From the sequence record NC_021529.2: a stretch of 64,000 bases of DNA. One strand, 5' to 3'. The notes under the pieces are model-generated. The model searched no databases. It was not told the origin of the DNA and saw only the letters and a list, made by a program, of their open reading frames with translations. Below are positions 1-9,965 of the stretch, piece by piece. Both the position numbers and the translations under genes were made by a program. Each line of letters begins with the position of its first letter. The stretch's first letter is position 1.

Positions 1-293
1 TTCTATACATGCGCGTAACGCTTCGTAAGAGTGCGTATAGATGATTGTGTCATCACTGAGTGACTTAATCACAAGAGCGTTTGCTTTGTAGTCGTTAAAT
101 GCTCTATTCGTCAACACGAAATCGCACCCAAAATCCCAACTGCTCATATGCGGGCATTTGTCATCACCGAAGATGATAACCTTGACATCACAGTTGTAAC
201 TTTTCATAAGTCGAATGTGATCTTGCAAGAATGTATAGATACCGCCACCGATGCCAAGCATGAAATCAGTGACCACGTATCGAATTTTTTCAT
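1..293 (-). CDS. Partial gene running off the left edge, GT-B glycosyltransferase-like N-terminus, apparent 1-nt frameshift in the A6 run after ATG
   Basis: GGAG SD and ATG at 293; adding one A gives MKKIRYVVTDFMLGIGGGIYTFLQDHIRLMKSYNCDVKVIIFGD, open to position 1. Confidence 0.4.
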
Positions 294-362
294 AAAAGTG
301 TTGACTCCACGTGTCTTAATATGTAGACTATATTTTATCGCAACAAGTACGAGATTTAAACA

Positions 363-566
363 ATGCGCAAGGCATCAGAAGACTTAATTCGAATGAGAGT
401 AGAATCCCTCCCTTTCGTGAGAATTAATGTTGATAATCAAATCAAGATATGCGAATATCTGTACTCGCTTGACGATGACGTTATCTATGCACTTGAGAAG
501 CATACTGAAACTTCAGACGGTGCGCGTAAAATATTAAAATTTCTATTGAAGAAAATTGGAGACTAA
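363..566 (+). CDS. Hypothetical protein
   Basis: 67-aa ORF co-oriented with and abutting the next gene. Confidence 0.55.
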   Translation: MRKASEDLIRMRVESLPFVRINVDNQIKICEYLYSLDDDVIYALEKHTETSDGARKILKFLLKKIGD

Positions 567-570
567 AATT

Positions 571-1047
571 ATGGCATATGAATCAGTATTCAACGGCACA
601 AATCGTTATAAAGTTCTGCGTGAAGGCAGAGAATACATCAACAAAGTTGCTGAGCGTCATGGCGCAGTAGCAAACGGCATTTATGTGACAATGGATCATC
701 ACATCGTTGATCGCATTATGGATCACTCGTTTCCAGCACGTGTGTTTGAAATCATCGTAGGTCGATTGATCAAAAATCACCAAGATGAAATTCTAAAACT
801 AGCAAACATGCCAGCAGAAAAACGCCCGAAGCATATCAATGTATACGGCAACAAGCCAGATTCACCGTACATGGTAGGCATAACAGTAAACAAAGCACAG
901 ACAGGTAAAGTTTATGTAAACTTACGTACGTGTTATAAAGAACGTAACAGTAAATATCGTCAACGCATCATCGAAGCATACAAGATTCGCGTGAAATCAT
1001 CATCTGAACTTGAGAACGCAGAAAGTGAGGTTGATTCAGATCAATAA
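571..1047 (+). CDS. Hypothetical protein
   Basis: ORF with GGAGA SD before ATG 571. Confidence 0.7.
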   Translation: MAYESVFNGTNRYKVLREGREYINKVAERHGAVANGIYVTMDHHIVDRIMDHSFPARVFEIIVGRLIKNHQDEILKLANMPAEKRPKHINVYGNKPDSPYMVGITVNKAQTGKVYVNLRTCYKERNSKYRQRIIEAYKIRVKSSSELENAESEVDSDQ

Positions 1048-1077
1048 ATAGAAAACAATTAAACAAATGAGGGAATT

Positions 1078-3306
1078 TTGATGCTTGTAGTGAAGTCTTC
1101 TGGCATTACAGAAGAATTTGAAAAAAGTAAATTGGCGCGTGTTTTAGTAGATGCTTGTAGAAACACAACAATCGACCCGTACCAATTACTTGACCGCGTT
1201 ATAGCTCAACTTAGCGACGGTATGACGAGCAAAGACATTCAAAAGGCAGCGATTAAAATCGCTGCCGATAGCATTTCAGTAGACGAGCCAGACTATCAAT
1301 ATGTCGCGGCTCGTCTTGCTATGTATGGTCTTCGCAAAGATGTATATGGGCAATTTGACCCAATTCCATTCAAACAACTAATCGAGAAAAACATCGAACT
1401 CGGTGTTTATGACCCTGAAATTCTTCAGAAATGGTCAGATTCAGAGATTGAATTCATTGAAACACAAGTTATGCACGAGCGTGATTTTGATTTCGCCTAC
1501 GCTGGTGTAATGCAGTTCAAGGAAAAATACTTGTGTAAAAACCGTGGTACTGGTGCAATCTACGAAACACCGCAATACGCTTACATGCTAATTGCAATGT
1601 GTCTGCACCAAGAAGAGAAATTCGACAGAATCAAGCACGTAATCAACTTTTACAACGCTGTATCAAATCAGAAACTTTCTTTACCAACCCCGATCATGGC
1701 AGGTGTTCGTACGCCAACTCGACAATTTAGCTCATGTGTTAAAATCGAATCTGGCGACTCTCTGCATTCAGTCAACAAAGTAGCCGAAGCAATCATCAAC
1801 TATATCAGTAAACGTGCTGGTATCGGTGTTAATGGCGGTGCTATTCGTGCTGAAGGCTCGGTTGTTCGAGCAGGTGAAATTCGACACACTGGTGTAATCC
1901 CATTCTGGAAACACTTTCAGACTGCTGTGAAGTCATGTTCACAAGGTGGTGTTCGTGGTGGTGCTGCAACGCTAACTTACCCGATTTGGCATTTAGAAGT
2001 TGAAAAACTTTTGGTGCTGAAGAACAACAAAGGCGTTGAAGAAAACCGTATTCGTCATCTTGACTACAGTGTGTCTATCAGTCGCTTGATGATGCAACGT
2101 CTAGCAACAAATGATTACATCACGTTGTTTAGCCCAGATGAACGTAATGGCGCACTTTATGGTGAATATCACACGAACCCTGAGAAGTTCGAAGAGCTTT
2201 ATCTAGAACTCGAAGCTGACCCGACAGTTCGTAAGAAGCGTATCAAAGCTACTGAGTTATTCAGCATGTTTTGTCAAGAGCGTACAAGTACAGGTCGAAT
2301 CTACCCGATCTTTGTTGACAACTTGAACTCTCAATCGCCATACATCGAAGCTATCAAGCAATCGAACTTGTGTATGGAAATCGCGTTACCGACGTACCCA
2401 CTTGGTAGTGCTGATGAAGAGATCGCACTTTGTACACTTGCTGCTTACAACTTAGGCGCAATGGAATCTGCAAGTGAATTTGCACATCTAGCACCGATTG
2501 TTATGCGTGCGTTAGATAACTTGCTTGATTATCAAGATTATCCTGTTGCTGCTGCTGAGACTGCGAAATATCGTCGTGCTCTAGGTGTTGGTATTACCAA
2601 CTTTGCTTACTTCTTGGCTAAGAACTTTGTTGGATATGATGCGTCTGCTAAATATCTTGTGCATGAGTGGATGGAAGCAATGTCGTACTACAACATTAAA
2701 GCATCTAATCAGCTTGCGAAAGAACGTGGCGCTAATAAATGGCATCGTAAGACCCGTTGGGCTCAAGGCAAACTACCAATCGATTGGTACAATAAAAATG
2801 TTGATAAGCTTGTAAAACCGCATTACAATTTAGACTGGGAATCACTACGAGAAGACGTGATTCGCTATGGTATGCGCAACGATACAACATCTGCATTCAT
2901 GCCGTGTGAAAGTAGTTCACAAATCAGTAACAGTACAAATGGCATCGAGCCGCCACGCGATCTAGTATCGACTAAGCAGTCAAAAGATGGTGTATTCAAC
3001 CAAGTAGTTCCTGAAGTTGATTTGCTGAAAGATGAATACGGTCTAGCGTGGAAAGTTTGTGCGAAAGACAACTATGGTTATCTGACTCTAGTTGCAATTA
3101 TGCAGAAATTCGTTGACCAGAGCATCTCCGCTAATGAATACCACGATCCTTCACAGATCGAAGATGGTAAAATTCAAATGGAAAGTCTTTTCAAGACTCT
3201 TGCTTTCTGTAGTCATTACGGTATTAAAACGCTGTACTACTCAAATACAAGAGACGGTGCTGACGGCACAGAAGACGGTGAAGATTGCGACGGTTGCAAG
3301 GTTTAA
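1078..3306 (+). CDS. nrdA: Class Ia ribonucleotide reductase alpha subunit with N-terminal ATP cone
   Basis: VVKSSG ATP cone, PTPIMAG, FSSC, SNLCMEI, C-terminal CDGCKV. Confidence 0.97.
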   Translation: MMLVVKSSGITEEFEKSKLARVLVDACRNTTIDPYQLLDRVIAQLSDGMTSKDIQKAAIKIAADSISVDEPDYQYVAARLAMYGLRKDVYGQFDPIPFKQLIEKNIELGVYDPEILQKWSDSEIEFIETQVMHERDFDFAYAGVMQFKEKYLCKNRGTGAIYETPQYAYMLIAMCLHQEEKFDRIKHVINFYNAVSNQKLSLPTPIMAGVRTPTRQFSSCVKIESGDSLHSVNKVAEAIINYISKRAGIGVNGGAIRAEGSVVRAGEIRHTGVIPFWKHFQTAVKSCSQGGVRGGAATLTYPIWHLEVEKLLVLKNNKGVEENRIRHLDYSVSISRLMMQRLATNDYITLFSPDERNGALYGEYHTNPEKFEELYLELEADPTVRKKRIKATELFSMFCQERTSTGRIYPIFVDNLNSQSPYIEAIKQSNLCMEIALPTYPLGSADEEIALCTLAAYNLGAMESASEFAHLAPIVMRALDNLLDYQDYPVAAAETAKYRRALGVGITNFAYFLAKNFVGYDASAKYLVHEWMEAMSYYNIKASNQLAKERGANKWHRKTRWAQGKLPIDWYNKNVDKLVKPHYNLDWESLREDVIRYGMRNDTTSAFMPCESSSQISNSTNGIEPPRDLVSTKQSKDGVFNQVVPEVDLLKDEYGLAWKVCAKDNYGYLTLVAIMQKFVDQSISANEYHDPSQIEDGKIQMESLFKTLAFCSHYGIKTLYYSNTRDGADGTEDGEDCDGCKV

Positions 3307-3315
3307 GGTAGATAA

Positions 3316-4440
3316 ATGTCTAAAACAATTTTTAATAAAAATAAGGTTGACCATCTTGGTCAACCTCTTTTCTTGGGCGAAGACCCGAATATTTCACGTT
3401 TCGAAACAGTAAAGCACGCTGTATTTGATCAGCTCACTGAAAAGCAGCTTTCATTCTTCTGGCGACCAGAAGAAGTCGATTTGACTCGTGACGCACAAGA
3501 CTTCGACCGTATGCCAGAACATTGGCAATACGTGTTCACACAGAATCTAAAATATCAATCACTATTAGACTCGGTTCAAGGGCGCGCTCCTAATATCGCG
3601 TTCTTGCCAATCTGTAGCGACAACGCATTCGAAAACTGGGTGACAACTTGGGACTTCAGTGAGACGATTCACAGTCGTTCATACACTCACATCATGCGTA
3701 ACTTGTACTCGAACCCGAGTGCTGTGTTTGATGAAATCGTTCTTGATAAGTCAATCATGGCGCGTGCTGAAGCGGTTACAGAGCATTATGACCGTCTAAT
3801 CGCAGAAACGCAGAAGCTACAGCAGCTTAAAGGCATGAATTGCGCACAGAGCATTCTACGCATTCAAGAAACTGCTGTCAAAGAAGCACTTTACTTGTGT
3901 ATGCACGCAGTAAACGCGCTTGAAGCAATTCGTTTCTATGTTTCATTTGCATGTACTTTCAACTTTGCTGAACAAGGCATCATGGAAGGCAACGCGAAAG
4001 TAATGAAACTGATTGCACGTGATGAGCAGCTTCACTTGAAAGGCACACAAGCGTTAATCAATATCTGGCACTCTGGTAAAGATGATCCAGAAATGGTAGA
4101 AATTGCTCGTCGTCTGAAACCAGAAGCTGAGAAGATTTTCATTGATGTAGCTGAGCAAGAAAAAGGGTGGGCACATTCATTATTTGCTAAAGGCACAGTT
4201 CCTGGCTTAAATGCAAATATGCTATGCGAATACGTTGAGTATCTTTCTGACAGTCGTATGCGTTCAGTGGGATTGGATAGCCCGTTTGTTCGTCGTAAGC
4301 ACCCTTTCCCATGGATTCGAAAGTGGCTAAATAGTGATTCAGTACAAGTTGCAGCACAAGAAGCTGAGCTAAGTTCATACCTAGTTGGTCAAATCAACTC
4401 GACGGTACGAGCTGAATTCCTAGAAACGTTAGAGGTGTAA
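3316..4440 (+). CDS. nrdB: Class Ia ribonucleotide reductase beta subunit
   Basis: FFWRPEEVDL, ETIHSRSY, EAIRFYVSFA, RDEQLH, QEAELSSY. Confidence 0.97.
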   Translation: MSKTIFNKNKVDHLGQPLFLGEDPNISRFETVKHAVFDQLTEKQLSFFWRPEEVDLTRDAQDFDRMPEHWQYVFTQNLKYQSLLDSVQGRAPNIAFLPICSDNAFENWVTTWDFSETIHSRSYTHIMRNLYSNPSAVFDEIVLDKSIMARAEAVTEHYDRLIAETQKLQQLKGMNCAQSILRIQETAVKEALYLCMHAVNALEAIRFYVSFACTFNFAEQGIMEGNAKVMKLIARDEQLHLKGTQALINIWHSGKDDPEMVEIARRLKPEAEKIFIDVAEQEKGWAHSLFAKGTVPGLNANMLCEYVEYLSDSRMRSVGLDSPFVRRKHPFPWIRKWLNSDSVQVAAQEAELSSYLVGQINSTVRAEFLETLEV

Positions 4441-4441
4441 A

Positions 4442-4741
4442 TTGTTAGAAATATTTGGTTGGGACGAAGACGATTTTCGTTGTGTTCCATGCTTAAAAGC
4501 AAAACGACTAGCTGAGACTCGTGGATTGATTTTTGATTTCATTCCACTTGCAAAAGAAAAAATCACAGAATCACATGCACACAATCGAGAAGAACTCGAA
4601 AGGCGTATGCATGAAATGGGTAAAGAGCTGAAGACTCTACCACAAGTATTCTTTGATGGTATTCACGTCGGTGGATTCGACGACTTCAAAACCAAGATTC
4701 ATGAGCTTGAAGAAGCTCGTTGGGAATCAAGACTGAAATAA
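4442..4741 (+). CDS. nrdC: Phage glutaredoxin/thioredoxin
   Basis: CVPC active site, TLPQVF..G.HVGGFDD, follows nrdB. Confidence 0.9.
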   Translation: MLEIFGWDEDDFRCVPCLKAKRLAETRGLIFDFIPLAKEKITESHAHNREELERRMHEMGKELKTLPQVFFDGIHVGGFDDFKTKIHELEEARWESRLK

Positions 4742-4748
4742 ATTAAGA

Positions 4749-4777
4749 AAAGGGTTGACATATGTCAGCCCTTTTTT
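4749..4777 (+). terminator. Rho-independent terminator
   Basis: AAGGGTTGAC-ATAT-GTCAGCCCTT followed by a T run. Confidence 0.75.
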
Positions 4778-4812
4778 GTATTCTGTGTTTGTTAAAACTA
4801 GATGAGTGAGAT

Positions 4813-5373
4813 ATGAAGAAGTTAATTGCGCTATTATTAGCTACGTGTGCGTTCAGCGCATCAGCGAGTCAATGTAAAGTAAATGGTCAAACGCTATCAG
4901 AGAAGCAATGGCACAACGTGCGTGCAGTGTTTGTGAACGGGTGGTATTATGATCTGAGCTGGTCGCTTGCTGCAATTGCAATAGTTGAGTCTAGTGCAGG
5001 CGAGAACATGATCAATCATCGAACGAAAGATTACGGCTTGATGCAGAATAACATAAAAACTGCAACAACACGTTTGAAGCGTTGGCGACAAGCAGGTAGA
5101 GATTTTGCACCGTACAACATTGACAATCCAGAAGATGTAAAGACGATATTGCTTACAGACAGAACAGTTTCTGTTCAGCTTGCAATTGAAGAACTCGAAT
5201 TCTGGAAAGGTGTTCGAGGCGACAACTGGCGTGAAATCTACTCAAGCTACAACGGTGGATATTACAAAGGTCAAAAATGGGAAAAGCGTGCTAGTAAGTA
5301 TGCAGACAAAATTGTTAATACGATGCGAGATCTAAAATCTTGCAGAAACGAACTAATGAGAGGGTTATATTAA
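4813..5373 (+). CDS. Secreted SLT/lysozyme-like protein (T4 Vs.1-like)
   Basis: Signal peptide, AIAIVESS catalytic Glu, YGLMQ, SYNGG. Confidence 0.75.
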   Translation: MKKLIALLLATCAFSASASQCKVNGQTLSEKQWHNVRAVFVNGWYYDLSWSLAAIAIVESSAGENMINHRTKDYGLMQNNIKTATTRLKRWRQAGRDFAPYNIDNPEDVKTILLTDRTVSVQLAIEELEFWKGVRGDNWREIYSSYNGGYYKGQKWEKRASKYADKIVNTMRDLKSCRNELMRGLY

Positions 5374-5558
5374 TGAGTAGTGTAATGATCTGGGCAGCCG
5401 CGTGGGCTATTCTGATGAACAATCAGTGGCTATTGAGAGTCTTTTGCTTATTCGGTTGGCACACATGGGAATATACGAAAGGTAGTAAGCGTGTATGTAA
5501 GCATTGTCAAAAGCGTCAAAGCCTAGTTCGCGTTGGCAAAGATAGCGATTGGCAATAA
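5373..5558 (+). CDS. Small hypothetical protein (DUF1660-like C.FGWH.W, CxxC)
   Basis: TAATG overlap with the upstream stop; CLFGWHTW and CKHC. Confidence 0.5.
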   Translation: MSSVMIWAAAWAILMNNQWLLRVFCLFGWHTWEYTKGSKRVCKHCQKRQSLVRVGKDSDWQ

Positions 5559-5583
5559 ATTACCAAAAGGTGGTAAAAAGTGC

Positions 5584-5612
5584 TTGCAATGGTTAACCGA
5601 TATCTGTAATAT
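5584..5612 (+). promoter_or_regulatory. Sigma70-type early promoter
   Basis: TTGCAA-17-TAATAT with an A-rich upstream element. Confidence 0.6.
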
Positions 5613-5681
5613 TGTCTACATCGAAACGAGAGACGAAAACAAAACGTCAATCACAAGACATAAACGAAGAGAGAATATTAC

Positions 5682-6713
5682 ATGTACGCAATCATCAAAA
5701 ACGCACTAAACAAAGACGAAATCGTAAACGGCACTTTTGAAGTAGTTACAAAACATCGTTGTGATAAAGCTAAAGCTCCAAAAGATGGTCGCATTCGTGT
5801 GATGATTAACGGTGAAGCAACTACTCTACGTGCTGATCGTCAAGATGTTTCTTACACTGATACAATCGACGGTGCACCGATGCAAGTTCACAGAACTCCA
5901 GTTGCTGAATCTGTAGCAGCATCGTTCGAACCTGAAGTTAAAGAAACAGAAGAAGAAATCGCACAGCGCATCGATCAAGCATTTGAAGCAATGGATATCT
6001 TTTCTGAAGGCGCTATTGAAGGTCACGTAACATCACTAATCATTTCTGGTGCTGCTGGTGTTGGTAAAACGTTTACTCTAGAGCGTGACTTGAAAGCTGC
6101 TGAAGCAAAAGGTAAGATTGAATTCAAGAAAGTCGCTGGTAAATGTACAGGTCTTGGTCTGTTCACTAAACTTTGGGAGTGTCGTCATCCAGGTTCGGTT
6201 CTTCTTCTAGATGACGTAGACGTATTCAAAGACGAAGATCAGCTAAACTTGCTTAAAGCAGCACTAGACACTGGTGAAGAGCGTTGGGTTTCGTGGGCAT
6301 CATCATCGTCTTACTTCGAAGAGCAAGGCATTGATCAAGAATTCTTGTTCGAAGGCACTGTAATCTTTATCTCTAACAAAGACTTTGATCGTGAACTTCA
6401 AGCTGGTACTAAACTAGCTCCACACTTTCAAGCACTGATTTCTCGTAGCGTTTACCTTGATTTAGGCGTTCACTCAAAAGAAGAAATCATGGTTCGCATC
6501 AAACAAGTTGTTCGCTCAACTACAATGCTTCAAGATCTTGGTCTGCAAGAACCACTAATCTCTGAAATGCTAGTTTGGATTGAAGATAACATTGCTGGTC
6601 TACGTGAATTGTCTCTACGTACTTGTTTAAAGATTGCAAACATGATGCTAACATCACCTACTAAATGGGAAATGCTTGCTAAGATGACAATGCTATCTAA
6701 GAAGCGTAAATAA
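5682..6713 (+). CDS. AAA+/P-loop ATPase
   Basis: Walker A GAAGVGKT, Walker B LLLDD, SRS arginine finger. Confidence 0.85.
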   Translation: MYAIIKNALNKDEIVNGTFEVVTKHRCDKAKAPKDGRIRVMINGEATTLRADRQDVSYTDTIDGAPMQVHRTPVAESVAASFEPEVKETEEEIAQRIDQAFEAMDIFSEGAIEGHVTSLIISGAAGVGKTFTLERDLKAAEAKGKIEFKKVAGKCTGLGLFTKLWECRHPGSVLLLDDVDVFKDEDQLNLLKAALDTGEERWVSWASSSSYFEEQGIDQEFLFEGTVIFISNKDFDRELQAGTKLAPHFQALISRSVYLDLGVHSKEEIMVRIKQVVRSTTMLQDLGLQEPLISEMLVWIEDNIAGLRELSLRTCLKIANMMLTSPTKWEMLAKMTMLSKKRK

Positions 6714-6759
6714 ACTCTTTAACGGGGCTGAAAAGCCCCGATAATCATTTGAGGGGAAT

Positions 6760-8046
6760 ATGCAACGAACATTATCAAGTATCGTTAATTGCGAAGCGTT
6801 AGAATACGCTATGTACACAATCGAAAATCGAGCAATTGCAAACGGAATCGATGGACTCAAACCAGTTCATCGATTTGTTTTGTATAACGTCATAAAAGAC
6901 GCTGCAACGAGCTTTGACAAGGTTGCTGCGTTAGGTAGCTCAGTATCAAAGATTGGTTACAATCACGGCGAGACGGCAGCACAAGACGCTCTAGCACTAA
7001 TGGCAGCAGAGTGGACAAACAACGTTCCGATTATACAAGGTCGCGGTAACTTCGGTTCGCGAATGGTTAAAGAATCTGCATCAGCTCGTTATGTTTACGC
7101 GAAGTTGCATGAAAATTTCGACAAGTACTTTAAAGACATTCATTTGTCTCCAGTGCATAGAGACGTTGAACACATACCACCACAGTTTTATGTTCCAGTA
7201 TTGCCGATGATTCTAATGAATGGTATATTCGGCGTTGCGACTGGTTTCGCATGTAACATATTACCACATGACCCTGAATGGGTGAAAAAAGCAGTGTTAG
7301 AATGCATTGCAGGCAAAGAAATCAGCGAACCTGTTATTAAGTTCCCTGAGTTTCGTGGTAAAATTGAAAAGCTAGAACACAACAAGTATGCGCAAATCGG
7401 CACTGTTGAAATCAGCGGGTTGACTGCGGTTGTTACTGAAATCCCAACAGGGTTTGATCACTCAAAATACATCACCGAGCTTGACAAACTAGTTGAAAAG
7501 GGTAAAATAAGCAGCTATGTTGATGAGACTAGCGACACGTTTCAGTTTCGAGTTCGATTCAAGCGCGGTGCGAAGATGTCTGAAGAATCGGTCATCAAAA
7601 CACTGAAGCTACAAAGCAACTTCACTCAGAATATCAACGTTACTGATGAGAACTATCAGATTCGTCATTTTGACGACGTGAGAGAACTTGTGAAGTGGTT
7701 TGTTGACTTTCGTATGTCGTTCTTACCGAAACGTATTGACGACGCTCAGAAGCGCACAGAGAAGCGTTCTTCACTTGCGTGTGCAAAAGTCGAGTTCATC
7801 AAAAAAGTAATATCAGGTGACATAGTTCTATTCGGTAAAAAGCGTGCTGAAGTGTCAGCAGAGCTTAAAGAAAACGAACTATTTAAAGAGCATGTAAATG
7901 ATCTTCTAAACATGTCAGTTGATAAAATGACTGACGACGAAATTGCTAGACTTGAGAAAGACGCTGAAGCAGCGCAAAAAGAACTTACGTACTGGCAGAA
8001 CACAACTGTACAGAAAGAGTTTATCAAAGACATTAAGGCGTTATAA
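6760..8046 (+). CDS. gp52: DNA topoisomerase II medium subunit (GyrA-like)
   Basis: DGLKPVHR, YNHGE, GNFGS, SARY catalytic Tyr. Confidence 0.95.
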   Translation: MQRTLSSIVNCEALEYAMYTIENRAIANGIDGLKPVHRFVLYNVIKDAATSFDKVAALGSSVSKIGYNHGETAAQDALALMAAEWTNNVPIIQGRGNFGSRMVKESASARYVYAKLHENFDKYFKDIHLSPVHRDVEHIPPQFYVPVLPMILMNGIFGVATGFACNILPHDPEWVKKAVLECIAGKEISEPVIKFPEFRGKIEKLEHNKYAQIGTVEISGLTAVVTEIPTGFDHSKYITELDKLVEKGKISSYVDETSDTFQFRVRFKRGAKMSEESVIKTLKLQSNFTQNINVTDENYQIRHFDDVRELVKWFVDFRMSFLPKRIDDAQKRTEKRSSLACAKVEFIKKVISGDIVLFGKKRAEVSAELKENELFKEHVNDLLNMSVDKMTDDEIARLEKDAEAAQKELTYWQNTTVQKEFIKDIKAL

Positions 8047-8288
8047 TGAACATAATCGTTGAGAATGGGAACATTCAACCGAACGATCAGAAGACGCTAT
8101 TTGGTGATGAAGAAGTCGTGAGAGTGCCTAGCACTTTCACGCTCACTGATTTAGTGTGTCATCTAGATCTTTACAAATCTAAAACGCAAGCTCGACAAGC
8201 AAATCGAGTAGGTGCAATTCCAGATGGATGGTCTGTATTCAAAGGCAATAAGAAAACACCACTATACGTCTGGAACCCAACAGAGTAG
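8046..8288 (+). CDS. Small protein with an S4-like RNA-binding motif
   Basis: LTDLVCHLDLYKSKTQARQANRVGAI resembles the TyrRS S4 motif. Confidence 0.5.
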   Translation: MNIIVENGNIQPNDQKTLFGDEEVVRVPSTFTLTDLVCHLDLYKSKTQARQANRVGAIPDGWSVFKGNKKTPLYVWNPTE

Positions 8289-8295
8289 GTAAATT

Positions 8296-9171
8296 ATGCA
8301 GGTAAAATGGACAGAAATGTTCTATTCAGTTCAAGGCGAAGGCAAATACACTGGTCAAGCTAGTTTATTCTTTCGCTTCTGGGGCTGTAATCTAGAATGT
8401 CATGGCTTTGGTCAAGAAGATCCGACGAATAAAGACACGTGGGTATTAGACTTCAAAGACTACGACCCAAAAGCGAATAACGTAACTTCAGTCGAAGAAC
8501 TGCCTGTATGGACTCGTGGTTGTGATTCTTCATACACGTGGGCTAAAAAGTATGCTCATCTTGCTTCTAAGTCTGAAGCTTCAGACGTGTGCGAAGCAAT
8601 GCTTGACAAACTGCCTAATCGAGTATGGGGAGATATTCACTGGGTTATTACTGGTGGTGAGCCGTTGATGAATCAGCAGCAAATCATCGACATGATGAAG
8701 TACTTTGTTTCAATCAACAACTACCCGAAGAACATCACAATTGAAACGAACGGGACTAAAACACTAAACTCAGAGTTCACCGACGTTTGGTCAATTATTC
8801 AAGAAGAACTTGATGTGACGCTTTCATTCAGCGTATCAGCAAAACTGTTTAATGTCACTGGTGAAGTGCATGAAAAAGCAATCAAGCCAGATGCTGTAGA
8901 ATCATACGCTAGACAAGGTGAAGTATGGTTAAAGCCAGTTGTTGTTGATACTGAAGAGTGTTGGGACGAGCTTGACGAAGTAATAGCAAAGTTCAAAGCA
9001 AAACGCTTGTTACATGATGTTCCAGTTTATATTATGCCATGTGGTGCTACTCAGGAAGAGCAAGAGCAAGATGGTTATATGGCGTCAATTGCTGAGAAAG
9101 CATTGGCTCGCGGTTATAACGTTTCTGTGCGTGTACACGTGTGGATTTGGGGTAACGCTGTGGGTACGTAA
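8296..9171 (+). CDS. queE: 7-carboxy-7-deazaguanine synthase, radical SAM
   Basis: FYSVQGEG, RFWGCNLEC...CDS, ITGGEPL, IETNGT, SAKL, RVHVWIWG. Confidence 0.9.
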   Translation: MQVKWTEMFYSVQGEGKYTGQASLFFRFWGCNLECHGFGQEDPTNKDTWVLDFKDYDPKANNVTSVEELPVWTRGCDSSYTWAKKYAHLASKSEASDVCEAMLDKLPNRVWGDIHWVITGGEPLMNQQQIIDMMKYFVSINNYPKNITIETNGTKTLNSEFTDVWSIIQEELDVTLSFSVSAKLFNVTGEVHEKAIKPDAVESYARQGEVWLKPVVVDTEECWDELDEVIAKFKAKRLLHDVPVYIMPCGATQEEQEQDGYMASIAEKALARGYNVSVRVHVWIWGNAVGT

Positions 9172-9200
9172 GTACCCTTCATTTAAAGTGAGAAATTAAT

Positions 9201-9455
9201 ATGATTCTATTTGGTCACGTAGTTGGTACTATCGGCATGATTCTAATCTGTCTGGCATTCTGGATGGTGACGAGTGAGAAATACAAGCCTACAGACGATA
9301 CGTACTTGTGGACTAATATGTCTGGTGCAATACTGCTGACGATTAGCTTGCTAATCAATTTCAACTTAGGTAGCTTTATGATTGAGCTATTCTGGATGTA
9401 CATCAGTGGCACATCACTATACAAAAACTACAAAGAGCGTAAAAACTCTAAATAA
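9201..9455 (+). CDS. Small 3-TM membrane protein (CBU_0592-like)
   Basis: Three hydrophobic segments; Y..N..GA.LL and N...F.IELFW..IS pattern. Confidence 0.65.
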   Translation: MILFGHVVGTIGMILICLAFWMVTSEKYKPTDDTYLWTNMSGAILLTISLLINFNLGSFMIELFWMYISGTSLYKNYKERKNSK

Positions 9456-9458
9456 ATG

Positions 9459-9486
9459 TTGAATAGATTGCTGGTTCGTGTATAAT
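9459..9486 (+). promoter_or_regulatory. Sigma70-type promoter
   Basis: TTGAAT-16-TATAAT. Confidence 0.55.
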
Positions 9487-9520
9487 CAACTGCGAATCAG
9501 CACATTAACGGAGAATTGAC

Positions 9521-9676
9521 ATGTCAAAAAATAAGCAAAGCAACAAACCTCAAAACTTCGTTGCGAAGCACATGAACACTTTCAATCATGCTTCAGTCGA
9601 AGAAGATCGAAAGAAGAAATCGAAGCGTTTGACAAAGCGTAAAATGAAACACAAAGGGAAAGCCTATGACGATTGA
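9521..9676 (+). CDS. 51-aa basic protein absent from the ORF track
   Basis: GGAGA SD; MSKNKQSNKPQNFVAKHMNTFNHASVEEDRKKKSKRLTKRKMKHKGKAYDD. Confidence 0.7.
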   Translation: MSKNKQSNKPQNFVAKHMNTFNHASVEEDRKKKSKRLTKRKMKHKGKAYDD

Positions 9677-9965
9677 GGTATCACCAACTTTACCATTTCC
9701 GAAGCCTAAGCCTAAATTCATCCCTGAATCTGACGATCATGAATTCTTTCATGACTGTGCGAGTTTTGACTGGTACTACAAATTCAGTGATAGCTACGAC
9801 GTTGAACTACGCGGTGAACGTGCGTTATCGAAGCTTAAAAGCAGAATAACAAGCGAACGTCGAAATCTAATCTATGAAGCATGGTGTCAGTACATGTTCA
9901 GTGGTCCGAACTACGGGCTAGAGCAGTTACCAGAGCCGAAATGGGAAGATTTCAAAGATGCATAA
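9666..9965 (+). CDS. Hypothetical protein
   Basis: Operon-like overlapping ORF. Confidence 0.7.
   Translation: MTIEVSPTLPFPKPKPKFIPESDDHEFFHDCASFDWYYKFSDSYDVELRGERALSKLKSRITSERRNLIYEAWCQYMFSGPNYGLEQLPEPKWEDFKDA

Noticed and set aside
148-387. 79-aa plus-strand ORF
   Set aside because: Shadow of a more gene-like minus-strand frame; no SD or motif.
1078-4440. Introns or inteins in nrdA/nrdB
   Set aside because: Both ORFs are continuous and of normal length.
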